A stretch of DNA of 64,000 bases from Octopus sinensis (Eukaryota), in contig NC_043004.1 of the NCBI RefSeq assembly GCF_006345805.1, forward strand, positions 100,006,001 to 100,070,000, written 5' to 3'. The notes under the pieces are model-generated. The model made no database searches and was not told where the DNA came from. It was given only the letters and a program-made list of their open reading frames with translations. Position 1 is the first letter of the stretch. Each line of letters begins with the position of its first letter. Below, piece by piece: positions 1-12,659 of the stretch. Both the position numbers and the translations under genes were made by a program.

Positions 1-1261
1 GTGATGCTCCAGCATGGCTTTTACCATGATATCTAAAATGCGTTGAAGGACGAAAACACAAAGAATTTACCAGACTTTCAGATGTCTTTCTTTTGCTATT
101 TCAACCGACATAAGTCAACAAACAGAATATAAAGTATCTGCATACATGTATGTAAACAAGCAGTAGAAAATGAATGTTTGAAAAACATGTGTAAAAAAAC
201 CAGCATATTACGTTTCTGTACAGACACTTGTAAACAGGCAGAATATAAATTGTTTCCATGCAGATACTTTTATTTCCTTTCGCAATTTTAAGAATTACTG
301 TTAAAAATTTATATTTCGGGAAAAAAAATGACATTTTACATGCATATAATCCAACACAATTTTCTTTTACTTGTCTTTAAAATAACAAAAAATTAATACG
401 TTCATTGTTTTTCTTAAATTTCAGGTAGTAAAATAAATATAATTTCAGGAAAAAATTTTTTTATCAGAATATTGTGATATTGTGCAAAGACGCATGAACT
501 CACATGTCTGTGGTTGTGTGTGAGCAGGAGTGTTTGTGTACATGTGTGGTGTGTTTCTATGTGTGCGTATTTGCAGCTGTCTCTTTTTACAAAATGTCGA
601 TATGGTCGAACTGAAGACAATACACTAGAATATAAATATATATTATGTATTTCATCTCGAGACATTTTACATTTCATTACACAAACTTTTATGCCTGGAG
701 TCAATTCCCAGACGATGTTACATGATAGTGGGAAATCCATATCGGTCGTAGGATACCAAATGAAAAGAACCATGTATTAACGGATTTTTGGTTGGTTCTA
801 TGCCATTTTTTTCAGATGGTAATGTGTTGATGTATATCTTGCAGATTAATCTGGTTCGAATGTTTCATTGTAATTACATGGATATGAATAATATTCGAGT
901 CGATACTTCGACACTGATTTGGTATCACTCTTTAGAATATATGCTGTTTCATTTTATGTTTCGAAATTTATGTGTATATATAAATGTTGTCTTCGAATTT
1001 CAATTACTTGAATTCTTCCTGAAAGAAAGGAGACACATTCTAAGAGAAGTACACAGTTCCATCATTGTAATATAGATAACAAAAACAATGTCACAAGTTC
1101 AACTTCTGAAAAGTTTTGCCTATTTTTACTGTTCTGTTTAGAGATCTAATGTGTCTACTAGCTGATTAATCTATATTTCGCAAACTCCCAGCTTTTCTAG
1201 ATTGCCTATTACGCATTAAATAACAAAAACGAGTTCACTAATTATTCGTATGTGCTGGCAA

Positions 1262-1770
1262 TACTGTGTGGTAAGAAGCTTGCTTTTCAACCACATGAGA
1301 TGCCGACGACCGCTCGGTTCAAAGTCTCCCTTGACCACAAGTGGCCTGAACTCTTTACATGAACACCACCCTGTACATAACTCCATGTCCCCTTACATGG
1401 CCTTGCTTTTTTGCTTTTTGAGCCAAAAAATTAACTAACTAACTAACACATGGGTTCACATTCAGTCCCGCTATATGATACCTTCTACTATAACTCCGGA
1501 CTAACCAAAACCTTGTGAGTGTATTTGGTAGACGGAAACTATAAGAAACCTGTCGTGTATATTTTATATATGTGTGTGTGTGTGTATAAGTGTGTGTGTG
1601 TATCACCTAAAGCTTAGCAACCGGTATTTGTTTGTTTATGTCTTCTTAATTTAGAGATTCGTTAAAAGAGACCGACAGAATAAGTATGGGGTCAATTCAT
1701 TCGACTAAAATTTCTTCAACGTGATCCCCCAGCACGGTCGCAGATTTATGACTGAAACAAGTAATAGATA
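1262..1770 (+). mobile_element. tRNA-derived SINE (family A, about 400 bp), degenerate, interrupted by a CR1 3' fragment
   Basis: Head ctgtgtggtaagaagcttgc..caaccacatg, body ccttgtgagtg..tttggtagacggaaact and tail gaccgacagaataagta..ccagcacggtcgcag match the intact copies at 18782, 29653 and 41891. Confidence 0.85.
1298..1446 (+). mobile_element. 5'-truncated CR1-clade LINE 3' end with (TAAC)n tail
   Basis: Reverse complement of 20572-20750; ends in taactaactaactaac; flanked by a cacatg duplication (1292-1297 and 1447-1452). Confidence 0.9.
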
Positions 1771-1789
1771 AATATGTATTTTTAACATG

Positions 1790-2180
1790 GTTTCAGTATC
1801 TGAAAGATTCGAAGCAGCGGTCCGTAGTCATATTCTTTGTGATTTTCGAAAAGATGTTTACACCAGCAGTACAACTGTCCTTTATGACGGTACGTAGGTT
1901 TTTTTCTCTGCCCCAAACAATTATATCCAGCCCGTTACGTTTGTATTCGGTAGACGTTTTAAAAGGAATGTTCCACCTGTATTCTGAATATTGATATTTA
2001 TGATTGCATTCAACAACAGGTAATTTTCTATTTTCATCTTATTTCGAGAATTTTTTTCTTTTAAATATTTTTTGGATGGCATTGTCTTTTGCTTTAGCGA
2101 CAACGTCATGTCGCATTCGGTTGTGGCACATTTGGGCAGCTGCTGATTGCATGAGTGATGTCTTCAATAATCAATATTTT
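1790..2180 (-). mobile_element. Degenerate RLE-type (R4/Dong-like) non-LTR retrotransposon, zinc-knuckle and restriction-like endonuclease region
   Basis: Frameshifted minus-strand translation gives EDITHAISSCP, MRHDVVAK, EYRWNIPFKTSTEYKRNGLDIIVWGREKNLRTVIKDSCTAGVNIFSK and YGPLLRIFQIL. Confidence 0.8.
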
Positions 2181-2230
2181 AGGCTTTATTTGGGGGGATC
2201 CAAGGCCTTATATATATATATTGGTTTCAA

Positions 2231-2350
2231 ATTTTGGCACAAGGCCAGAAAGTTAGTGGGTGGGGTAAGTTGATTACATCAAGTCCTAGTTCTCGACTGG
2301 TACGTACATTATCGACTGTGAAAAGATGAAAGGCAAAGTCGACCCCAGGG
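2231..2350 (-). mobile_element. SINE family B fragment
   Basis: gattacatc..ctggtac..atcgac..gatgaaaggcaaagtcgacc is the reverse complement of the family B core seen at 30141-30375. Confidence 0.8.
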
Positions 2351-3182
2351 AAATTTGTCAGAATATATATATATTGGCATACGTACTTTTTGGTTCAGTA
2401 CGTACTTTGTAGCAAGCTTCTGCTCCTGCATGGAAACACATAGACTTGGAAGTGTGAAGTCACTAGTCCAAGAAAAGCTGTACTTCATGTTGATTTTAGT
2501 GTCATTTTAAAGTCGTGGAGAACAGTAGCCATGCTTAACTTCTTTTTCGTTTTACCCTGAGATTTCCAAACCCAGGACGTTTTTCAAGTACATTAGACCG
2601 TCTGTTTTGGGGTTCGTCACGCAGAATGTTTCCTGAAGATTTCCCTGCGGACTCGTATGATATTGTCTTATTCGTGTTTTGGTCTTAGGTTATATATTTA
2701 TTTGCGATGCTGTTGTATATCAGGTGCCACCGGAAATATTCCATATGTCATTGAAATACTGTCCGTCCCGAACATAAACCTCTGCCTCATTTGCCTCTTC
2801 TTAGGTGGAAATACTCGATATCACAGTTTCTATGGAATTTTTCATTTGATGACAGGATCTTGCTGGAATTCATGCCTACGGAAGAGATTTCCTCAATAGA
2901 CTAGGGGTGAGTTCTAAATATTATCATTAGCATTGGTACTGCAAATATATTGTGGAATATTAACTTTTTTGTAAGAGGAGGTCATTGAGTGCTACATGGT
3001 TTGAAAGTCTGGTGTAATATTCTCGGGCCACTCAATCGTTTTTAATCGGCATCAGCATCTTCGTATCATATATTTTCATCAATGCTCGACGTATGGGTAA
3101 CATTATTTGTGCGTAACAGAGAAAGAACGTTGAGGCACAGGTTCTGGATTTGCGGAGATTATGTATGCTTTATTTGGAGGCA

Positions 3183-3227
<45 letters not shown>

Positions 3228-3231
3228 TGTA

Positions 3232-4200
3232 TATATATGTCCACTATAACACCTAAAATTAATAATAAAAACATTACGTTAGCCAGGAATAATAGGACTA
3301 ATATCAACATGAATACCAATAATAATTGTAATAATATTATCATAAATAAAAATAATAATAATAACAATAACAATAATTATCAAAATAAGGGTAACATCAA
3401 TAACCATGGAATAACTAATAATAATATTAATATTAATACGAATAATAATAATGATAATAATATGAGCAAAACAAATAGAGATAATATCGGGAATGAAGAT
3501 AACATTGATATCTATAACAGCAATATGCATTCGAATATAAATACAAACAATAATAGTAGCAATACCAATAATGCTGATAATTATGATATGGCTATAGAGC
3601 TAAATGATAGTGTAAACGGATCGATATATAATTACACAGCTTTAGATAACAACATTACTTATAATAACGAAAATTATACTCATAATAATTTGAATAGCAG
3701 CAATATGAGAGATCTATCCTTAAATAATTCTAAACCTGAAGATTATCCCCCTAGGTGTAATTGTAGGATTAAATCAAAATGCCCGGAACCTGGTATGTGT
3801 AGGGCCCATAACGGAATCTATAAATGTACTATAACTACTGCGAATAGTAAATTTTTTTATTGGGTTGTACTATAAAATTTAAGCAAAGAATTAGCAATCA
3901 TATCTCCTCATTTAAGTTACGTCATAAAGCTGGTTGCACTACACTTTCCAGTAAGATCTGGGAACTCAAAAATAATAATATTAAATATAACCTAAAATGG
4001 GAAATAGTTAGAAGGGCGATACCTTATAGAAATAACAGGGTAGGTTGCCAGTTCTGCTCCATGGAGACATATGAAATTTTAAAGCATAGAAAAAAAAATT
4101 TATTAAATAACGTATTGAATTTGGTCCGTCTTATATTCACTCAAAAATCAAGACTTTTAAATACTTTAAATAAAAACCGTATAGGATAACCGTATTTAGT
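3232..4200 (+). pseudogene. 5'-truncated Penelope-like element: Asn-rich linker, Cys motif and GIY-YIG endonuclease, frameshifted
   Basis: ORF 3150-3875 ends CNCRIKSKCPEPGMC..NGIYKCTITT..FFY. A 1-nt frameshift at about 3860 leads into GCTIKFKQRISNHISSF..TTLSSKIWELK..KWEIVRRA..CQFCSMETYEILK..LLN, the PLE GIY-YIG pattern. It starts directly after a (TA)n tract. Confidence 0.88.
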
Positions 4201-4995
4201 CAGGTCTATCTTGTATTTACTAAAAAAGCAAAACTCTAATATATTTTTAATGGAAATCTGTGAGCTCTTCCACTGGTGTTCTTTCTTTCTAACTGTACCT
4301 GTTTAAAACACAAAAAAATAGTATTTGTAAGATGCCAAGCTTTAATTGACTATATAGTCAATTTAGTTAACCTAACTTAAATCAAATAAATTGCTAATAT
4401 TTCCTAATTCTATTCTAAATCTAATAGATAATACTACTCCTTTAATAATAATATAAGTAATTTTCACTATAATTTGAATAAGCAAATCTCTCACATCATT
4501 TACTATAGAAATTATTTGACCTCTAGGTGTTGACCTAAATTCTGTTTTACAATATATAAACATAGGTAAAAATAGAAACAATAATAAATAAATAACCTTC
4601 TATTCTAGTGTTGCCCGTAAATTTCTTACTGTATCTTCCTCTACTGATAGCCTTTGACCCCTTTAATGTTTTCCTTTGATCTCTCTATTTTCTTTATCCT
4701 GCCATTAACTCTGCTGGAGTGGCAGTTAATAGCTGTTTGCTGGTCAAAAATAATGTTCCCTTATAAATCTTAAATTCCTGCAACACTGACCTAGATTTTC
4801 TGTCACCACAGAAATAAATTAATATTTGTCTGTAGAATATTTACGCCTTCTTATTCCGCTACCCCCTCCTCCCATAATGTCCTTATTCGGGCGGTTTCTA
4901 CTGCACTGATTTTTTTTTGCGACTTTGGCCACTATAGCCAAACTTCTTCCAACAACTTAGTTGTGAAACGAATAGATGTGTGATCAACATTTTTT

Positions 4996-5130
4996 CCTCA
5001 TACCTCAGGAAATTACATCTGCATTATTATGGATACATTCACCCTCTCTGTGATTAAAATCTTTCCTCATATCTCCGGAAATTACATCTGCATTATTATG
5101 GATGGATTCACCTACTCTGAGAAGTTAACA
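4996..5130. repeat. Two-copy tandem repeat, unit about 70 bp
   Basis: ggaaattacatctgcattattatggat occurs twice about 70 bp apart. Confidence 0.8.
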
Positions 5131-5551
5131 ATCATTTTAATAAACTTTTTATAAAACTGTGCATCATTAGAAAACATTTTAAGTCTGCTTACAATCTAAC
5201 TTTGAATTTCATAGAACTCTCTCCGATACTTCATGAGGGTAGCCTCACTCTCTAGGATGTTTGGAAAACTCATATGTGTTTCAGTTGATGAATATGGGAC
5301 ATTTGTTCTTTCTGCAATATTTGCAGTTTTAAATAAAACTGTTCTTCGTATGAAACAATTGTACTGAACAACTAGTCCATTCTTGTTGCTTTTTTCCTTG
5401 GTTATAATCACCCCACATTATTTTATGGTTAATACCATAAAGATTTCTGGTGCATCTAATTTAAGTACCGCATTCATGTGAATTCATTGGAACTCACTTG
5501 AATCTTAATTGTTTTACTAAAATTTATATATATATATATATATATTATATA

Positions 5552-5594
<43 letters not shown>

Positions 5595-5711
5595 ATTATA
5601 TATATATATTAATATATATATATATATATAAAATATAAATATTAGGGATAAATCCAAATTTACAGGGAAAAACTCAATTTAGGATTAAATCCAATTTTAT
5701 AGTAATATTAT

Positions 5712-8264
5712 AAAATATTATTAGAGACAAAACCACTATTTTGCAAAACAAACAAGGAAAGACTTTAGTAATGGGAGCCCCATCACTACACTCAATGTAT
5801 ACTCTCACCCATCCGCACGGATGTGAAAGTGAATCTCCGGTGTATATGTTGAGGCTTATATGTAGCGCTGTGGAGGCGAACGTCGTCGTTAATTGTGAAT
5901 GAATGGGTGGAGTTGGGAATTGTAACCGGGTGGTGGACTAGCGTTGCTTGGCATTGTGAATGGAATAGTGTAGTAGTAAGGCAGGCATCGAGAATAGATT
6001 TGGTTACTGCAAGTTGTTTGTTAGAGCTGCTAAGATGAGCTAAAGCTCATAAATGTATATAATAATTTATCATGGTAGTTTTTTAAAGAATCCATTCATA
6101 ATAAATTTTTTTTTAAGTAGTGTTGGTTTGCCACGTGGATATAGTTTTAGTTCCATTTATTCTATTTCTCCATTCATAATTTTAAATGACGTTTACTTTC
6201 CATGGCGCGTATTCTTTTTTTACATAAGTTATATTTCTATGGTAACGTAATTTTGGTTTGATTTTTTAACGCCTAAGAATTTAATTTCACTTCATAATTT
6301 GAAACTGACTTGTAAGTATGTATTTTATTTCTCCTTATGTCATATTGTTATTTTTGATATTCTGGTTAATTACGATGTATTTAATGTTGTTTTTCATAGG
6401 AGTGTTTATGTATATGAGATTGTGTGTGAGTTTTTAGTTATAATTTATTTATCTGTATGAGTGTGGGTGTGTAAATATTGTTGTATATATCGAGTTTAGT
6501 GAGTATGTATATGCGTATATGTGAGGGAGTATATGTATCTGTTGTGTGTGTGTGTGTTTGTGTGTGAATGTGTATATGGGTTTGTTATTTAGGTTTTGGG
6601 ATGTATGTGTTAATTTGTCTGTGTGGGGAGGGAGTGGGTTTTTGGTGTATATTGAGGTTTATAAGTTAGTATAGGTATGTGTATAAGTCGTGGGTCTGTG
6701 GTTTACGTGTGTGTATTTGTGTGTGAATGTTTAGGTTAGGGGGATTGCTATATAGGTTTGTTATAGAGTTTAGCAAAGGGAGATTTTATCGTTATATGTT
6801 TTTAAGAGTTTTGGTTTATCATGGTTTTTTTAGGGAATTCGTGGTAATTTGTCTATTTTCGATGTTGGTTGTTTTTATACATTGTTTCATTCATAATTTT
6901 TGAGTGGTGTTCGTTTTGCCACGTGAATATTATTTTTAATTCCATTTATTCCATTTCTCCATTCATTATTTTAAAAGATGTTCGTTTCTAGAGCGGTTAT
7001 ACTTTTTATACATATGTTAAGTTCCTTGGTAAAGTAATTTTGTTTGGTGTATATGTTGAGGCTTATATGTACTTGTGGGTGTGTGTGAGTGGGGTGGGTG
7101 TTTGTATTGTTATGGGTGTGTGGTTTACGTGTGTGTATTTGTGTGTGAATGTATAGGTAAAGGGATTGCTATATAAGTATGTTATAGTGTTTAGTAAAGG
7201 AGGTTTTATCATTTATGTTTTGTGAGTTTTAGCTTATCATGGTAGTTTTATAAAAGAATCCATTCATAATTTTTTGTTTTATTTGTCTGTGTGGGGTTGA
7301 GTGGGTTTTGGAGTATATGTTGAGGTTTATATGTATGTATAGGTATGTGTAAGTGGTGTGGGTATTTGTATATGTCGTGGGTGTGTGGTGTTTACGTGTG
7401 TGTATTTGTGTGTGAATGTTTAGGTTAGGGGGATTGCTATATAGGTATGTTATAGAGTTTAGTAAAGGGAGATTTATCATTATATGTTTTTATGAGTTTT
7501 GGTTATCATGGTAGGTTTGTTAAGGAATTCGTAGTAATTTGTGTCTATTTGCGATGTCTGTTGTTTTATTGCATTGTTTCATTCATAATTTTTAAGTAGT
7601 GTTCGTTTTACCAAGTGAATATAATTTTTAATTCCATTTATTCCATTTCTCCGTTCATAGTTTTAAGTGATGTCCGTTTTCTAGAGCGTGAATGTGGGTT
7701 GTATGTGGTGTGTGTGGGAGTATGAATAAGTATTGTGTTGAAGTATTTAGCTATTTTATTTATTTATAGTTGCCTAGACGTTTTATGTGTATGTATAGGG
7801 ATATATATATAGGTGTGTGATTTAGTGTATGTAGTTAGATATGGTTATATATAATTAGGTATATGTGTATGGGTTGTATATATAGTTTATTATTATATTA
7901 TTATTATTTTTTTGTTTGTTTTATTTTTTTTATTTTATATTTTATATTTTATATTTTTATTTTTAATTGTTGATAGGTTTATTTTAGTTTATATATGTTT
8001 ATATATTGATTATATAGGATTATATATAGTTATATATGGATTATATTTTATATTTTTTCATTCATACTTTAATTTTTTAAAATTATTATTTTTATATTTT
8101 AAAATATTGATATTTTAGATTGGAAGTCCACCTGAAGATTGTCGATCAAGACAAGAAACAATTGTAGTGGCGGTTTTTTTGACTATTTATTAAAATTTTA
8201 TGTATTGATTAAGTCTTTCTTTGTTTGTTTTGCAAAATAGTGGTTTTGTCTCTAATAATATTTT
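5712..8264. mobile_element. PLE-associated composite bounded by 54-bp inverted copies of a pseudo-LTR 3' end, with an internally triplicated degenerate block
   Basis: 5712-5765 is the reverse complement of 8211-8264 (1 mismatch). Blocks ttatcatgg..ttccatttattc(c/t)atttctcc recur near 6066, 6816 and 7504. Hammerhead at 8128. Confidence 0.65.
8128..8170 (+). ncRNA. Minimal type-I hammerhead ribozyme, canonical core
   Basis: ccac-CTGAAGA-ttgtc gatcaa gacaa-GAA-ac aatt gt-A-gtgg: stem I 4 bp, stem II 5 bp, palindromic stem III, GUA cleavage triplet. Confidence 0.9.
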
Positions 8265-9383
8265 AATATATATATCTATAATATATATATGCATGTATAT
8301 ATATATATATACATATATATATATGTGTGTGTGTGTGTGTATGTGTGTGTGTGTGTACATAAACAAACAATCATAAATATACATAGGAAGAGAGAGAGAT
8401 ATGTATATATGTATGTATGTATGTATGTATGTACGTATGTATGTATATATTGCAAATATGTTTTCACTTAAATATTAAGAATTACGTCTCTGAAAGAGCT
8501 TTCTTAGCTGCTCGTCTCTTTCACTTTTTTTGAATGCTTTAAACTCATCTCTTAAGATCATGTCTCCCATCAGCTGTTGTTAGCTAAGCCAGCTTCTTTT
8601 CAATCCATCTATATTAACGATCACTACGACGGTTTTAAAACGCCAGTTTTGTTGCATATGTCTATAATTCATTGTTTCCTTTAGTCTTGCATTCGTTACT
8701 CTGTCATCATTCATTCCTACTTTCTTTAATATTTCATTATTATCATAATCTAAATCGCTTTCCTGAATTGCAAAATGGGGTGGCTATTTTGCAAATTTCG
8801 ATCACATCAAATGCATAAACAGATTTCTTGCACAAACACACTTACACACACACAAGGTATATATATATATTGCTCCGCTCGTCGTTCATAAAAAAATCCG
8901 CATTCGCAATACTTTTTTTCGTTCGGCGTTAACAGCCCTCCTTATCTTGTTTTTCCTTGTCCTGTCTTTTACTGTTTATAATTTGTACTGTCGTTACTGT
9001 CCTGTTTTTGTTACCATTTTTTACCCCTCTGCGAAAAGATCTCAGAATTTTAATTGATTTGCTTTTCGCAGGAAGGAAAGTTTCTTGTCGAAGATACGTC
9101 TCGCTTTCACCTTCGAAACGTAGAGTAGATGAAACCATAGCGACTGAAGAAGAGGTTTTTTCTTTGTGTTAATTGTCCTGTACTCTATTTTTTTGTTGTT
9201 TAAAAAAATGTCCAGTTCCTTTGGTTTGTGTCTATGTATTCGTTTCTCATTGTGTTCGACGTCTTTTTGGTGTCCTGTATTCATATATGCGTGTATATGT
9301 ACATGTAGAGGTAGGTATGTACATATATGTATGTATATATGCATATGTTTTATTTTATTTATTAATATATATATTGATTTCAA

Positions 9384-9503
9384 ATTTTGACACAAAGCCA
9401 GAAAGTTAGTGGGTGGGTTAAGTTGATTACATCAAGTCCCAGTTCTCGACTGGTACATATTTTATCGACTGCGAAAGGATGAAAGGCAAAGTCGACCCCA
9501 GGG
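9384..9503 (-). mobile_element. SINE family B fragment
   Basis: Close match to 2231-2350, including the breakpoint gtcgaccccaggg. Confidence 0.8.
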
Positions 9504-9947
9504 TCAGAGAAACGATATTTTGACGTCCACCTACTCACCTACTAATGAATAATATAAGACAAATTCGTGGTCTTCCTTATTCATATATTACCAGTGACTG
9601 GTAAACGATTTCGTTTTCTTTTTCTCAGAATTACCTTACTTGTTTCGTTTATTTTATTTTTTTATGGTAGTATGTCCGAAGATTTGTATATGATCTTCGG
9701 AATATATATTTCGTCTTAGTTCCAATTCGATACAAGACTTGGTTACAGGCCACAGACGATCTTGTGACATGTTTGTTCAGTAAGAGTTCCGTCTTGAGTA
9801 TATAGAGGTGATTCGAAACCTTAACCGCGAGATAACCGGTCAGACACCATGGGGGAATCACCACAAGTTCTTGTGATCGCTTTATCATGCAACCAATCAG
9901 CATGAAGTTGTAACATGATGTAACAATATTCTTCTTGTACTTTATGT

Positions 9948-10328
9948 GGAGACGCAATGGCCCAGTGGTTAGGGCAGCGAACTCGCGGTCATAAGATCGC
10001 GGTTTCGATTACCAGACCGGGCGTTGTGAGTGTTTATTGAGCGAAAACACCTAAAAGCTCCACGAGGCTCCGGCAGGGGATGGTGGTGATCCCTGCTGTA
10101 CTCTTTCACCACAACTTTCTCTCACTCTTACTTCCTGTTTCTGTTGTACCTGTATTTCAAGGGGCCGGCCTTGTCACTCTCTGTGTCACGCTGAATATCC
10201 CCGAGAACTACGTTAAGGGTGCACGTGTCTGCGGAGTGCTCAGCCACTTACACGTTAATTTCACGAGCAGGCTGTTCCGTTGATTCGGATCAACCGGAAC
10301 CCTCATCGTCGTAACCGACGGAGTGCTT
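9948..10328 (+). mobile_element. Full-length tRNA-derived SINE (family C) with 13-bp target-site duplication
   Basis: Head gacgcaatggcccagtggttaggg (A box) and ggtttcgattacc (B box); TSD tcttgtactttat at 9933-9945 and 10332-10344. Confidence 0.92.
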
Positions 10329-12659
10329 CTCTCTTGTACTTTATAACAGACTGTATTTAGTGCTTTTTAATCTCAGAACGTTGATGGCAGCTGAGCGATA
10401 TGTGCCTCCATTCTTGCCACTCCGACTTTTCCAGACACCAGTGCTGTCATCTCCAGTTTCTCAGACAAAGCCATTCTAAACATTCACATAATGTCTCATT
10501 AGTAACGTCAACAGACACGGCGCGGATTTTCGCTCTCTCCCAGCACGTAATTATGAATTTTATTAATTGTAAATTGCCAGAAACAATACCTTTGTGTCAG
10601 ACAGCAAATATTTCAGTTAAATGTTCGCAGGTTTTGTTTCAGTTATTATTCACAGTCGACGTATTATATCTTTGTTTACCAACTACCATTATACCAGCCA
10701 AGCAACAGCTGCGACAAGTATAAGCTTACTTGACGAAATATAGTTTCATAAGAAAATCCATGAATGTCGCACAATGATTTGGAATAATATTTTACAATTG
10801 TTAGGTTTACATTTAATCCATGTCTTCAAGTCACAGTTCTCCAAAATTGTAACAGTTTTTCTTTTTTATGTCAATGCATTTAAACATTTTTTGCTATATA
10901 CATTAGAATTGTAAATGTCCGGAAACGATACGCACCTTCTGACCGAAAAACTTTATGATATAGACAGGTATTGTCATAAGAATGAAAAAGTCTCAAAAAT
11001 TTTATTTTTTGCAGCTTCGAACTTTGTTAGACGAATTGTGACAGAATAAAGAATTGAAAATAAAAGGAAAAAAACGGAATGAAAAAAGAAAAAAAGTTCG
11101 GAAATAATGATTTTTCACGTGTCAGGATCCTTTGTCTGGCTTTCATGATTTGACTGGTTTTCAATAAAAATATTTTGCTTTCTCTCGTTTGCTTGTAGTT
11201 AAATTCCAATTCACTTTATGTTAGCGACATGTTTCGATTCTGTCAGTGGATTCTGTCAAATTGATCTTACAGTTTCTGCAGATTTGAAAAAGGTAAAATG
11301 AACTGTCATGGCTGCCCTCTTCAACATCAACGTTTGCGTACTAACCTATAACAACATGCTGCATATATTAATAGAAGCAAAAATGTTGAACTAGCTGAAT
11401 GACGTAAATATTGATTTCAAAGAGGACATTTGTTAAATAGCCCCTGATACAATATTGCTAGTCTTTGATATCATTGAGATTTTATGCACAGGATTTCACA
11501 CTATCCATCCCAGCCAACTACCGTGAAGGTGGCACATATTGCCTTGATCGACAATCAGTGTATTCCATTAAATTTGTAGCGTTTTCGAAAAGTATAAGAA
11601 CTGTCAAAATTTCTCAAAATAGGTACCTAACAAAAATTGAAGGAAAATTATCTCCTGAGGGCTTGTGAGGAGCGTACTTTTCAAAAATATAGATGTCTGG
11701 GATGTCCATATTCGGGAATTTAGTTCCGAATATAAAGTTTGGCAAAATTTGGTTAAATTGACTCTTGGAGTGTGGGTGAGGGCTCATTGGGAGCGTATTG
11801 ATAAAGCCATTTTAGAAATTTATACAATTTCGATATTTACAAATAAGCTTGTGTTCTGGGGCCAAATTTCCATTTTTGGGTATTTTAGTCTAAGATGAAA
11901 AATTGCCATCGGTTGTGTGAGAGAAGTTTGCAAGATAGTTGAGACATCTTTAGAAGTGTATTAATAACACAGTCCTGGAAATTTACGAAACTTGAAAACT
12001 TTTTGAAATCTGGGTCTTGAGAAGGAATTTCAAAATTTGCACGTTTCAAGTGCAAAACACAAAATTGGCATATGTTGAGTCAAATAGCGATTAGAAGGTG
12101 GTTGGAAGCTCCTGATAAGCGTATTGATCAAACAGACATGGAAATTATTGGGTTCATTGGAAGCATTGTTCTGGACCGAAATCGCCATCCTTTTTTGAGA
12201 TTTGAGCCTAAAACTTTTAACTGGGTATAATTTAGATTCAAATGAAAAAAACATACGATTTACCACAAAGATACTTGCATTAACATATTACACCACCATC
12301 TCATTAAACAAGTAATCATCAAATGTTAGAGCATTAGTAGCCATATTTTTGTTCTTCCAGTAACGGAGTGGCCATATACATCACATTTACTTCAAAATGA
12401 TTGTGCCTTCATTTTTTCGTCAACAAGCAATGGATAAGAAACAGTCCACATCCTCCTCAGTGTATCAACGTGGTTTGTCATTTGAGAACTTTTCTATGGT
12501 AAATTGGTTTATATTCTTAAAACTGTACTACAACCTTCTATCCCACTTACTTCAAAGTTCCTAAGTTTTTCACCATCGTTTAACTCAATTCCCAGGAGGG
12601 ACCTAGAATTCTATGTAACACTGCTGTGATACTTATGGAGGATTCTGCAATATGTTGAT

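Noticed and set aside
560-1018. Minus-strand exon-like region after a tttcag acceptor
   Set aside because: All three frames contain several stops and no recognisable motif
2560-2700. FPNPGRF..WGSSRRMFP resembling cytochrome P450 PERF and heme motifs
   Set aside because: The heme Cys is absent, the spacing is too short and no other P450 motifs are nearby
6060-7700. Recurrent blocks considered as a CRISPR-like or regular satellite array
   Set aside because: Irregular spacing, long diverged units, eukaryotic context and no cas genes
9070-9130. Hammerhead-like ttgtcga..cgaaacgtagag with an upstream 10-bp hairpin (ctgcgaaaag/cttttcgcag)
   Set aside because: Two core changes and no convincing stem II; possibly a decayed relative of family H1, but not supportable
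9675-9703. 9-bp hairpin tccgaagat/atcttcgga
   Set aside because: Isolated, with no GAAA or cleavage-site context; short hairpins are expected by chance
9948-10020. tRNA-like sequences at SINE heads
   Set aside because: They continue into SINE bodies with TSDs and lack a complete cloverleaf, so they are not tRNA genes
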